DNA of 64,000 bases from Gnetum montanum (Eukaryota > Plantae > Gnetophyta), in NCBI GenBank assembly GCA_015680685.1, contig MNCI01000542.1, positions 623,889 to 687,888 on the forward strand. The letters are read 5' to 3'. Positions 42,455-56,247 of this stretch are shown one piece after another. A model generated the notes under the pieces. It was not told the DNA's origin. It was given only the letters and a program-made list of their open reading frames with translations, and ran no database searches. Positions within the stretch are counted from its first letter, which is position 1. Every line of letters begins with the position of its first letter. The position numbers and the translations under genes were made by a program.

Positions 42455-45400
42455 TTAAGTACTTTCAACTTTTATCAAAGACAAGCAAATCAAAAGCGTG
42501 AAGAAAGTGGATTTGGCCACTCCTGACATGGGAAGCTCCTTTCTCAAAAGAGCATTCACAAATGGCCATAGACGCACAATAGTCCAACAGCAGCACACAG
42601 ACTGCAATCATTATGCTTTCTCCATGGTGCCCACCAAATATAAATCTAAAAGACTTAAATGTAATTGCTGCCATACTCACTAGTAACAGGGTTGTTGGCG
42701 GCACACGTTCAAATATGGTGAATTATATTCAACATCCACTTGAATTTTATCAGTTTCATTGGAAAATGCTTTTCGTGTAACTTGGAAAACCATCTCATTA
42801 ATGTCAAGCATTTCTAATACGATACCCATTACCCAAACAGCCATGAACTGCAGCAATTTATGGTCCACAGCCTCTGCTGGTGCAACCATCCTTGAACTGA
42901 ACCACCCACTTGAAGACACTCCCAGAGCTCCATACCATAGCATAGTAGAAACACAGCAGCTCCCATGATGAAATCAGGCTTCTTCAACTTAGTTAGAGAA
43001 ATTTGGGTTAAACAAAAAGCTACTAGTGATAAATAAAACCTAAGCACATGATTTCATTCTAAATATACAAACATTAAAAGAACAATGTGGATACTAAGAA
43101 ATGTTCTTCAACCTCTGAAATCTTAAATTTTGGATTGTGGATGCATTTACCTTTGGCATAGCTGGCTTATGTGTTAGCAAACTGTATATGGGCACAACTG
43201 CATAACAAATTCTTACCACTCCCAGAATTCCCAGTTGAGTACAGTGGGCATATACCATCCTAAGTCTAATGAATAAGTTGCTGGATGACCAACCTAACCA
43301 TGGGGATAACTCAAAAAATGCTATTCTAAGAAGCCCTGAAATCCATCTCCTTTGTTGAATGGATGCCTCTACAATACTGGATGGAGGACAGCCCAAGAAT
43401 CCTGGAGTTTCTGGCATGCAAAATACAGATTTCCAACCAAGAGTATGAATTCTTAGCCCTGTTAATCCGTCTTCCACTATAGAGCCATAGCTCCATCCAA
43501 TCTGCAATTTCCACAAAATCTCATTTTAACAAAACAGTAGCTTTCTTAATGAAGATTTTGTTCGTATCCATGCAAGAGATAATATACAAAAAGCTGTTGA
43601 ATAGATTTAAAAAGTGGACCAAAACCATAGAATAAGGTCAGATTATCGCAATGAATACCGTACAGGATGTACATGGAAATGCAGGTGTTAGCCTAATGAT
43701 AAGACCAGTGGGCAACTTCTGGAAAATTTTCTGAAACTAGTGGTCCTGACAGATATAGGGGTCTAGTATACAAAATTAAATACATTAAGTTTCAGTTGTT
43801 TTTGTTCAACAGGTTCTAAAATAGGCTACCTCTTTTCCCCATGACGTGTTGAACTCATAACTGCATCTTGTCAATTCTAGTGCATCAGATACCTTAGTTG
43901 ACAGAGCGTTGTTGTTATAATGTTCAACTTCGTTGAAAGCATTAATGACAGATTGTAGAAAGGGATTAGACTGACCAAAATTTTGCAGGAAATCTCTGTC
44001 GGTCCATAGTGATTTAAATCCTCTGCAATCTTCAAACATGCCAAAATACCAAGGTGATAAATGAAGAGACGCATTATTAAGGGCAACTGATTAATTTATT
44101 AATTTGTAAGTCACCTGGTGGACTACCATAAATAGTCTTCCTTCTATGAAAGCAGCCTGTTCCACAATATACTGCTCCTTCGAAACCATTCATTGCTTTG
44201 GCAACTTTCTGTTTGATATCCAATGAATTCAGATGATTAGCCATAAAAAAACAATAAAACGAAAACGAAAACAAAGCAAGGAAAAAATTAAACAAAGTCA
44301 CTAAACATATACATTAAAGCCTTTAAATGTATTTGCCATTGGATTATTATCTGTGCTTGATGAATAATAATCCCGTGGAAACTGTACAAAACTACAATCT
44401 GACTTTAATTTAGAGCCCAAGAAGATGCACATGGCATGACATATGACTCTAGAATTATTAACAAACATGTCACAGTCTAAATTTAGAAGATACGGCGCAT
44501 TTGTCATCAAACCAGATACTTTGACCTGCCAGAACCAGCATGATTTTTTAAGCCATTTGCAGCTGAATATCATCCACGCAGTTCAAAATTTTGAAACAAA
44601 ATTGATAAGTGGAATTCAGAGACTCTTTTGAATGTACCATAGTGTTCATTGCTCCTGCTTTGTAATGGTGCTTCACTTTGGGTTTTTTTTCTCTGGCAAC
44701 ATAGATAAGGTGAGGCAAAATGTCTTCTGTATCTACTCTGTGCTCGTGTATGATCTGGAAAACACCACAATGAAATCAACTTACAAGGAAATAAGAGAGT
44801 TCAAATACCAACAGGAGGAAGAAATTGGGGGTTCTTGAATAACAGACCTTGACTGTACTTGGGTGATTGGAACTTTCTGAATCTTTGAAGGCAAAGCCTT
44901 CGTCCCATTTTGACACAGGGATCTGTTCTGTCTGCATTGCTCTGCTAATTTTGGTTTTCAAAGTCTCATATTCCTCCTGCAACATGGGCCATTCCTAGGA
45001 GACTTGACAGAACGAAAGCATCCTTGTGAATTCACAATCTCCCATTCTCCCGTAGGTTTAAGCTTGCTTCTTGTTCGATGTAAATTTATTTAAAATGTGG
45101 AAGGGTTTAGGCCTTGTAATTCACACTATCACCTCTCCGTTGTATTGTATAGATGTGTTGTTTGGAGACGTGGACTTGATGCTAACTTTTGGAAATTTTT
45201 TATCCATAAGTCATAAGTCAAAAGGTGAATATGCAAACACCTTATTCAATATTATTATGTGAATGTGATTTATTACCTTGAAAAGCAGAAGCCTTGTGCC
45301 AATTCATTACATAGACTCATAGATTGCATATCTCAAGGTAAGACAAATTCTCTAAAGTTGGAGATGCAATGGTTGAAAAAATGGAATATCTCTTGGAAAG

Positions 45401-46265
45401 ATGTGTAACAAAGTGCTAAGCATATTCGCCAATTAGTCATGTAAAAGGTTTTAACACAAATGTGGATTAATGTAGGAAGCAAGAGGCAATTTTATTTACG
45501 TAACATTAGATCTAATAAACTAGATGTAGAAGTTCACTATCTCTAAATTAGATATAGAAGTTCATTATCTCTTAGCTACTATTCCTATCAAGTATGGGAC
45601 TGCTATCAACAAAGTTCACTTAAGTTCTAATCATCTTAGAATTGAAAGTAGAAGATGGATTCAACCCTCTTGAGAAGAGCGTATTTGTAGGTTGTGCATG
45701 TCAAGAGCTCTTGAAGATGAGTTACATATGTTTTTTTCTTATGCTATGACGACCCATTTGAAACAACATTATAATGTTACAGCAAAAAGCCTGTAAGATT
45801 TGATTTTGATGCCCTTTTTGATGTTTGGTCCATTTGTAGAGTCTATCCTTATTTTTCATGAAAATAAAAGGTAAAACCTAGATTAATTTAGTTATTTTCT
45901 GAGAAAATAATACCCTTATAACATTGTTAACCCATGAGGTGGAGATTGATGGTGAAAATGAAATACCTTCATGGAGTTTGATTCCAGCATGAGATCTACA
46001 TTGAAAGAACTGTCAAAAAAAGGGAAAGGAGCCCTTGTCTCCAGATTATACTTTCTGCAAAAGGGTATACATTTTTTGGCAAAATTGAGGGTTTCAAGCA
46101 GGGAGTAGTAGACAACTGGAGAGGCATCATCATCAGAGACATAGCATGCAAATTTCTTGGTTGGGTAATCTAGGGCAAGAACTAATAAAATGGTGTTCAT
46201 GGTCACAATGGCCAACTCTTTTTTAATATTAGTTGTTGTGATGATCACATCAACACAAGGAAGAT
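42455..46265 (-). pseudogene. Cellulose synthase-like glycosyltransferase (GT2, CslB/E/G/H-related clade) pseudogene, 5'-truncated
   Basis: Exons ~46265-45967, 44976-44848, 44754-44638, 44525-44313, 44208-44115, 44029-43830, 43501-43151 and ~42987-42455 with GT-AG introns. Motifs SDDxxS, KAGAMN, LNLDCD, GTGCFHRR, VED, QQRRW. Three frameshifts in the last exon (~42832, ~42703, ~42597); first exon absent. Confidence 0.92.
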
Positions 46266-46269
46266 TTAT

Positions 46270-46855
46270 CTGTATTTGCTCTTAATCATCCGTATCTGTC
46301 TGGGACTTTGTGAGACTACTTCTAGGATTGCCAAGCATATGTCACTGGCTGTGCCAAACAATACATTGCTAGATTACTAAGTACTTCCACTTAAACACTT
46401 ATGATTAAGGCATACACATCCCACTTAATAACATGAATAACAAATAGAAATAAATAGAAATGTTTAACTAATGGGAATAGTAAATAATTAACAGTTAAAA
46501 CCAATAATAATCTATGTGGATGCTACAATTATGGAAGTAATCTCGATCTTTATTGCTAGTCATGTACGTGTCCAAGTACGTCACACTTGAACAAAGGTGC
46601 CATACGATTTCAAACATCACATTGCAGGCATGTACTAGGAATGATAGGACTCTATGAAAGACTAACAAAGATTGAGAACTAAATTAGAACTCTACTGCTA
46701 TTCTCCATCCACCCAAGTGCTATATTTATAAGCCAACATAGAGGAGGCGACATCAAATTTTCAACATCACTTCCTAATCCTAACATCGGGTACCCAACGT
46801 CTAGGCTCTGACATTGGGTATCCAATGTTGGGGCCTAACAAACCATGACTCATCA
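46270..46855 (-). mobile_element. Truncated Athila-like LTR fused to the Csl remnant
   Basis: Starts TGATGAGTCATG on the minus strand (as at 56248), has a TATA at ~46722-46731, is colinear with 56248-~56820 and then switches to Csl coding sequence. Confidence 0.85.
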
Positions 46856-48230
46856 CGTTCTAATCTATCATGCCCCTAGTAGCCAACAAGGGTTCACTAG
46901 CATCAAACATGTCATGGTAAAAATCTCTATTTCTATTTATCTAATTACATTGATCTTCTCTATGGATCTTGTCAATGCTTACTTTGATGTCTTTCATCTT
47001 GCCCTTGCATCTATTTCTATTTTCATCTGGACCCCATACTGGACCTCTATCTCTATACCTAAGTTCATCTTTGTTAGAACTAGACATTGAAGAGGAAGAG
47101 GAAGATGGTGAACTCAGAGAATCACCATGGTTCCTATATTTCCCCCCATGGTCCCTTGATTTATCTTGTCTAGGTTTAGAGAAGGTCCTATGTGAAGATG
47201 ACATGGTTTTATTTGATAATGTGTGTGACTTAAAATAGTAATATTTTCTAAAAGATAAATTGTTAATACTTTCATAGTCATTGTTTATAATCTAACTAAT
47301 CTAGATAACTAGCACCAAACCTAGCAACAACACCAATGATGAGTAGCAGGTACCCCCTATGCCCAACCATATGAATTAGAAGTGTTCACGCATGATTTGA
47401 TTGAACTCCATGGATGGGACTAGTTGTGGCATCTAGATTGTTAAGCATTGATCGTAGAACATTGTCTTCCCACTTGGACTAGTGGTAGCTTTATCACATA
47501 TGATTTAGTCCAAAGTGAGGTATATGATAGTTGATGTTGTTGTGGCCTTGTGCTAATCTTAACAACAATGGAACAATTAATTATTTAACCTAATTAATAA
47601 TAGGAAGATAAATTCTAAACTAGCCTAAGGGCGATGAGTGCCCATTCCCAGCTTGCCATACACCCCTTGAACCCATATATCCACTACTAATATTACCAAA
47701 CATTATGCTACTAGGTGAACCAAGCAAAAACATTGCTAGGATTACCAAGAGAATACATGTTTACACTCGAAACTGGTTGTGATCATTCCACTAATTGATC
47801 AACATGCATGGAAATGTAAATATTAACAAGTACATGGAAAGTAAATTACATGAAGAGTAAATCAAGTGTTGCAATGAAGATGAATCAATCTCAATATTAT
47901 TGTCATTCATGGAATGTCTTCAAGTATAATGCCACTTGAATAAGACACCATACAACTAACTCAAATTCATACTATGGGCACTCACTAATTATTTTCTAAA
48001 ATCATGAAATAAAACTACAAGAATCTTGCTACTAAAATAACCAAAATGTATCCAATACATGGCAGGAGTCTCATATTTATAGGCATTTATTATAATTGCA
48101 ACATCGTTGATGTGTTGTATGAGGGGATGCTAGAACATAGAAGTGTTGTATGAGGGAATGCTATAACCTAGATGCTACATCGCATCTAGAACATAGTAGT
48201 TGTGATGTATTAGCCATTTCATGCTCCATT
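46856..48230 (-). mobile_element. Athila-like element fragment (5' LTR ~47337-48230, PBS 47318-47335, start of internal ORF)
   Basis: LTR end ...CTACTCATCA T TGGTGTTGTTGCTAGGTT TGGTGCTAGT; Ser-rich ORF at 46941-47204; TATA ~48074-48083. Confidence 0.8.
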
Positions 48231-49289
48231 AGTTACTCTATTTAATGATGGGACCTTCTATGGATGTCTCTCAAATAGTTTTTTCCTTAAATGGCTATGA
48301 TACAATTTGATGACATTGTTTGTATCTTGCATGATGTGTAGTATGTCATTGTAGCCCTTTGAACACATGGCTGATGAATGCAACATTATTTGCAAAAAAC
48401 AAAGAAAAAGAATAATGTCATACACATAATATTTAGCATCCAATTCTAACTCAACATTGTTGATTTTTGTTTGAAGTCATCACCATCCCATCTTTTTATA
48501 AGCAACCCACTTGTTCTAAAAATAAAATAGAAAATAATTTTCATCATGGTAATCTACAAAAACTTCTGAACTAGAGCCATCACATCTTTGATATATTACA
48601 AATTGTTCATGATCACCATTAGTATCCCCTTCATTATCCTCCTACACTCTCTATCTAGGACATTGGTTGGCAAGTTTCTTACCCACACATGCTAAAATGC
48701 CATATACATAAGAAGATCTAGCAAGTGAGCATGATCTTGCACATAATATGGTAAATATGAAGTTGTTGTACAAAAATAAATTTATGTATATTTGGGTATT
48801 GATTTGTGTAATTATAAATGACTACATTACATTGATTTTAGCACAAGAGTCATCCATTAAAAGTGTGTTTACTTTCTAAGAAGGATCCTTTCCCTAGAAG
48901 ATCTAACTAGAATCCTAAGTCACTTCTCAATTGCTGCCTTCATGTGATAAAACTAAATAATTTATGCCACTAGAATGTCATTGTAGTGGCTATTAAATAC
49001 CATTATTATATATAGATGAAGCTAGGAAATAAAGTTGAAGCATAATCTAATAAGTGGTGGAAATGATTTTTTCAACATGATATCATATCTTAGATTAAAC
49101 ACATACTCATATTTGTTTATGTTAAATGTTGAGTCCATGAAGAAGATGTTGTTATGCAAAAATTTTATTGTTCTTTCTAGCATCCATGATGATTGTACAC
49201 CAATAATGATTGTTTTTCTATCATAATTATCATCCTCTTGATTAAAAAAAAAAAGAAATTTGGGTGCACTAATATTTTGTTTTTACACT

Positions 49290-49900
49290 TTCTTTATCCA
49301 TAGGATGCTTCTAGTAATTCAACTAGGAATTTTGGCAAATTAAATAGGCATTGCATTTCTTCAAGAATAGATTCATTCTTTAAGACATGATAATCTCTAT
49401 ACTCCATACTTCATCACCAACCATTTACATTAAATACCACTCATAGATTACATTTGTTGGAACACCTTTTTGGCTAAGTGTTATCATTTTTACTTAAGAG
49501 GTTCCAATATGTACAATGGACACTTAAGTTAGGTGTTTATTATTGGGGTGTAGCTTCCATGACCTATTATCCTATGCTTATTGACATGATGGATTTCTTT
49601 GGAAAATATGCATGTGCATTCTAGTATGCAACAAAATACACTAACAAGGAAATGAGATTAACAACCTATCTTATGTCCAACCTTTTTCTATGTCATAATT
49701 GTTAACAGTTTTACATCCCTACTTGAACACTTAAGTCTAAATTACAATACCATCTACATCATTGTAAAACCATTATAGATAAGTAGAAGACATGAATGAA
49801 TGAAGATAGAATATAACTTGAAACTCATTTCTTGCATGGAATGTCAAAAAATGTACATTGTTCTTGGATTTAAATTTAGCATTCACTTTTGTTGGTTACA
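49290..49900 (-). mobile_element. Possible Ulp1-like peptidase remnant of a DNA transposon (MULE/CACTA)
   Basis: Minus-strand EATPQ**TPNLSVHCTY weakly resembles PQQxNxxDCGxY; heavily decayed. Confidence 0.25.
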
Positions 49901-50520
49901 TTGTCTATAATAGAACTTGGTCAAGAATTGAGGAATATTTTGTTCTCTTATCAAGAAATTATACACACAGTTGTTGGAAATCCATGTAAAATTTATCTCT
50001 AAGAATGTAGGCCAATTCAAAATCTAACTTGAAAAAGAACTAGCGAAGGGTATCTACAAGGATGATTTCATCATAGAGATTTAAAATGACTTTCCCTTGT
50101 GAGTTTGCATCTACAATCATGAGGGAAAAAATAGTTACTTGCTAACTAAACACAACATGTTCATATCATATCTTCTTTCAAATGTTATGTCACAAAAGAA
50201 AATAAAATGTTTATACTAATTTTTAAAAAATATAGTCATGGAGTCGATATCATAGAGTCAATTTGTAGAGAAATCAATGATGCTACCCATTCCTACATCC
50301 ATAAATTTCTATCATATCTTGCTACTATAATAATGGTACTACTTATTCTGACATCCATAAATTTCTATCATATCCTACTATTATAATAATATGTATGTCT
50401 ATTTTTCTATGAAACTTAAGTATACACACTGCTTGACAACAATCTAACTTCATGATGTCAATTGATAGAAGGAGCAAAATGATTTTTTTTTTAATAATTA
50501 GAGTTAAATATTACCCACCT

Positions 50521-50551
50521 CACTCACACACACACACACACTCTCTCTCTC
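50521..50551 (+). repeat. Compound (CA)n(CT)n microsatellite
   Basis: cactcacacacacacacacactctctctctc. Confidence 0.9.
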
Positions 50552-53126
50552 CCATTAAATTTTTTGAAATTTACCATAGATATATTACAATCATCACCAA
50601 ATTTATCGTAGATATATTGCAATCATGCTTTGCATAATCAAACATAGAACATAGTTCAGCACCTCCATGATTACAATGTATTTTCCTTAATTGGGATGAC
50701 AGTTAAGTATTATCAAGGCACAAGCTTTAATATCTATAAACATGAGAATGTTGAATTTCCTTCTTAACAAATATTTTATGTTATGGATGATCATTGTTAT
50801 TGTATTATAATTTCTCTAATGCTCTATCCATTATAGTGATTCTTCCATAGCATAAGGTTCAGAGTTGCCATGAAATTCTCAATGATATGAACATTATTTT
50901 AAAACACGTTGAACATCAACACCTAACACTTTGAAGATATATAGCAAACTAGTCCATCAAATTGATATAAACCCATTCATACCAATTGTTGGTGTGAAGC
51001 TGGTAAAAAAGAGTCCCCTTCTAGATATCACCAATAAAAGGGTCATTCATTAGAGTTATAGAGTGGACAAAGCCACCATGATCTGTGCACCATGTCTAAT
51101 ACTAGGTTAATGAAAAGAACACTAATCAATCTAAAAAATTGAAAAGGGAAAAGAGAGAGATGATAAAACTATAAGAATTTATAGAAAAGGAAATACTAAT
51201 TCCATTTCATTTGCTTCCTAAATCAAATACATTCAACTATTATATATTCTTAACATGAAAGGACTTAGTATTCTTAAAAACTATATGTAGAATAAACAGA
51301 ATCGAAGTGTGACCATAGTAAACAACTTTAATACAACAAGATGAGTTAATCATAGAGCACTCTAGCTTCATGTGCCTATTTTCACCTTCAAACATCAAGA
51401 AATCAATGTTAAAAATTACCAAAAACATATTAAGTGGTGAATGATTTATCAAATTTAGTACACATGCACTAAACTTTTTATAGTTACCCTCTTACATCTT
51501 GGTACTTTGAAATACCTTTAAAATAACTAGAATTTTTAAATACTATAGTAAAAATAGAACAATTTAAGAAGATGAAAGGAATGGAACTAATAGTTGGGGT
51601 TGTTGGACCTATTGAAAAATTGATATGGGTTAAAATAGGTTCAACATGTAATTGATATTTTGCATTGATGGAGGTGGACTTACATTAGTAGTATTAGGAA
51701 ACAAGCTATATGATAGTGGAACAATGATTTTAGGAGGAAAAATGAATGGTATAGGGTAAGATGAGTTGAGATACAAACTGACTAATAAGATTAGTAGGAT
51801 TAATAAAATAAATTCGCTGTGGGATTATGCTTGGTGAGCTAAGTATCCTAGGGGCCATTAAAACATATTGTTTATCCTCTTCTTCATTACTATGAATGCT
51901 TATGCCTCCTCCACCTTTACGTAATTGATCATTGGCCTAGAGGTTTTTGTTGAAGTTAATGTTTAGATGATCCCCAAAAATCCTATGGCTTATGTTTCTC
52001 TCAATTGCATCTGTGAAAGCGTGAGTGATAGGATTTCATCCCTAATGAGAAGATATTATACAAGAGTGACTCTCTCCTAATTATCCAACTCTCCATTGGG
52101 TGATTGACATTTGGTAGAAAAGGTTCGAAGCTTTTAATGTTCTCTTACTTAATGATCCTCTATAATTCAATGTTTTGATAGTCCAATATTCAATTTTCAT
52201 TTTTTGCATGCTATCTTGTATATTTAAACTAATATGGGAGTTATAACTGCCTACACTTTTGCATCTCTATTAATCTACAAGGTTGGAAACCTTAAGGGGA
52301 GTTAGATCCTTGGCCAGACATGGTGTTTAACCACTAACTAGAAGTATTTTTGCATACAAGGAGTAACTTGAAAGGAAAAGATATAATGCAAAGGAAAAGG
52401 AATAACTTGAAATCAAAGAAAAATGAGTAAAATGTATGTAATACGAAATGTGAAGAAAGGACATATGGACTTCTAGGTGTAGGGGTTTGTAATAGTAGAA
52501 TGACATAGGCCCTCCTTCTAGCATCCAAAATATTACTACAAAATTGTTCTTCTATAATCTCACAAACAACACCTCCACAAATTAAATGTTCAATGTCTAA
52601 CTTGTGATGGTAAACAATTGTATATAATCCTTGATAACTCAACGATAACAAAACAAAGAAACACACTTTGTCAATCGAAATAAACTTAACCTATCACTGG
52701 CAATCTAGAAATGACAGGGCATGATGATAAATGATGAAAAGTTTGATAAACTTACATGCGATGATGAAAATAAAAAAAAACATAAAAAATTATATTGATA
52801 AATGCACATGAAAGATCCATGTGTTAAAAAGGATTTAGGATGTTTGCTTCAAAAATATACGGTAGTTAACATGGACGGCCAAATAACATCTTGGGTACAA
52901 TGCAAGAATGAACTAAATGATGAATGAAATTTAGCATTTTAAAATCAAATTTGGGCCTGAATTTGGGAATCAAAATAAGGTACAAATGCAAATTTTAATA
53001 TCTTGTAGCTTATAGGATGAATGATCAACTTGCTGGTGATATCAAATGTCAAATCAGAGTTCTAAAAGTAACATTTCTTAAGGTCATTTGGTTAATGATT
53101 TTGGGTAATGATGTTGATGCAAAAAT

Positions 53127-56100
53127 TCTAATCATTCTATTGTAACCGATAAAGACCTATTGAATAACAAAAACCCATTCCTGCAAAATTGTTGGTATAA
53201 TTCTCATAAAACCCATACCGAAAATTGACAAAAGAAATAATACTGCTAACCATAAATTGCATAAACATTCATCATTCAATCCAATATTCCAAGGCAATCA
53301 AAGCAATAACCATAAGCCTGCAAACAACATAACAATACGAAATTTATTATTACTAAACACATCCCATGAATGTGCACAAACTAGCAAACATAAATGAAAA
53401 ACGAGCCAATATTACTTATCTTCAATCTATGCAAAGAGATCCACAAGAGAAAAGGGAAACACAACAAAGATTCAAAGGAAATCACAACCAATTTGAAATC
53501 CACCAGCACCTCCGCCAACTTTAATCTTCCATAGCACCTCTCTTTCATAATCTCAAATTGTCAACGTGTTGGAATGAAAGAGAAATGGAAATTATAATGG
53601 AAGATTTATAAAAACCATGGAATGAGGTAAAATAGTCAATTATCAAAACAAGAATTAAACTAAAATAATATTTCCATTAATCCTTCTCACCACACACACG
53701 TAACTTTCTCAGCTTTCATGTAATATCTACACATACTAAAATAATCAACAAAGCATATGCTAATAAAACATTATTTCAAAAATATCTTATTAATCTCATA
53801 AAAATAAAAATAAAACTAATTAAATCAAATATAACTCAAATAGTTGCCAATACCACATAAAGACAAGATCATAAAATATACTCTAAGGAATACCAAGCAA
53901 ACAATAGATCATCAAATATGCCATGCTCCCAAACAAACCTCTCATGAAATATTGCAACACTCAATAATAGGATTAGTTTACATCTACTAAATGGTAATGA
54001 ATATACATATATATAAATATCAAAAGATATTGACATCTCAAAGTTCATCATGAAATATTAATGCATAATTATAAAATAGGTTAAACTAGTAACAAGCATG
54101 ACATGCATCCAAGTGCAAGCAACACAATTTCAATAAGGATCACACATACCAAGGATATCAAAAAATGAAAATTGTTAGATATATGTGATGTCACTTAGGT
54201 TCATAGTTTTTGGTAGCTTCCATTATTTCTTTTAGTTATTGATGGCCTACAATGTCTAAGGATGCATATATAATAGTTAAGATTTATGATACATGTCAAC
54301 ATCATGCTCCACTTATTTATGTTCCATCACAAGAGATTAGGACTTTCAAAACCATGTGCCCTTTCCAAAAGTGGAGGCTAGATATCATGGGCTCTATTAA
54401 TCCTCTCTCTCTCATTGATCATCAATTCATTCTAATAGCTATAGAGTACTTTACCAAGTGGATTGAAGTTACTCCCTTGAAATCTGTAGCTTTGAAGTAC
54501 AAGTGTCACTTCATCTTTGATCATGTAAGCACCCACTTCATTATTTCCCTCTACATTGTTACTAATAATGGATCCTAATTCAAGAGCAAAGAGCTTACCA
54601 AGTTCTGTGAGCAATATCAAATTACGCAACCATTCTCATCTCCATACTATCCCTAATCCAATGATCAAGCTAAGTCAACCAATAAATCCCTTGTTTGTTT
54701 GCTCAAAACCATGGTTGATAAATATTAACACAATTGGCATACCTAGGTAGCCCATGCTCTTTAGATCTATCAAAACACCATTAAGAGTGTAACTTATCAA
54801 ATCTTGTTCTTGCTCACCTATGAGTTAGAAGTTATATTTTTGATGGAGCTGGACATGACTTCATCTTGATCATCCTTGAACAATCGGACGATGAATGAGA
54901 AGAATGATAACATGCAGTGTGTTAAATTAGATATCCTAGAAGAAACTACAAGCAAGCAATAATTAACATTCAGAACCATCAAGAGGCCATGTGCTATTGC
55001 CATGCCAAGCATAACAAATTGAGAGAAATCAAGAAAGGTGATCTTTCTCTAAGGCATTTTCCTAATGCCAAGACTTTCAAGTTCTTGAATTCGCAAGGTT
55101 CCTTTGTTATTCTCAAGAGCCTTCATAATGGAGCATACTACTTACTAGACTCCAATGGGAATCAATATCCAAATCTTGTGAATAGAACTTACCTCAAGTG
55201 ATATTATATTTAAGGCTTAAAGAAAAGATAAATATGTCTCAAGCTTGTTCTACCCCTTTCCTTATGTTTTATTATATATTTTTTAATTTCCCTTTCCTAT
55301 CTTGCTCTTGATCTTTCTCTCTCTCACTTTCTCTATTCTTTATTATTTCTTTTCTATCTTCCTCATGCAATCTCATTTAGTTCACCTACTCTTTGCTTAT
55401 CTCATTCTACTAATATTTTTTCCACAACACATTATGGTAAGTATGTTATTAGCAATTTTCCTCATGAAAAAGCAATAAGTATTCTATCATTTTTACTCCA
55501 TGTGAGGTTGTGTTGAGTTTGAGTGGGATAGGAAGGGAATTTATTAAATTATCAGCATCAATGTTCATTAGAGTATGAGATTTAGCCATGCCCCACTTCT
55601 ATGGCATAACATCTTATCTTGGTGTATAGGTTATGTCCTTCACTTCTTTCCTGATTTTATTATTTTCTCATTTTCACAACTCTCTAATTCATCTCTCATC
55701 TGTCATTTTTCTGTATTCTTGGTCTAACTCCTCTATCCTATCTCTTTTTCTTATATCTCCCTTACAAATCAATAAATATTGAGCAATTATATTCTATTCT
55801 AGTGAGGATGTATTAAAAGCATTAGTGGAATAAGCTATGAACATCAATATCATCCTTTTGACCATCTTGTCTGTAGGATCTTGTTGTGTTTCTTTTTTGT
55901 GGCATAGCAACCATCCTCATGACTGGTATATTGTTGATATCCTAACATTCTTCCCTTATTTTGCTTATTTTTTCCTACTTTTATTTTGTAGGTATGTCAA
56001 TTTGTCCTCTTTTCTCCTCTTGATGGATCCTCATTTGAAACCTTAGTAGTGCCCATTATGAGAGGGAAATGGCATACTAACTTTTTTGGTTAACCATGAA

Positions 56101-56247
56101 CTGAGACTAAGTGTGGTTTTAATAATGTCACACCAATTTCAAGCAGCAAACCTTGTTAATTTAACATCACCAAGTACATTCTCAGCTCTTGAAGGTTACG
56201 AGACACCATTCTAGTTCATAATACAAGTTATAAATTTCATTCTTGAT
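53127..56247 (+). repeat. Segmental duplication, copy 2
   Basis: Colinear with 35750-39577; lacks the solo LTR and ends at an LTR insertion. Confidence 0.95.

Noticed and set aside
50295-50385. 56 bp-spaced local duplication (similar case at 45522-45571)
   Set aside because: Ordinary slippage duplications with no further structure; not a CRISPR-like array.
56243-56247. Target sites ATGAT and TTGAT resembling the LTR start, suggesting a target preference
   Set aside because: Other insertions of the family have unrelated flanks (CCTTC at 59866, CGTTC at 46856); the sample is too small.
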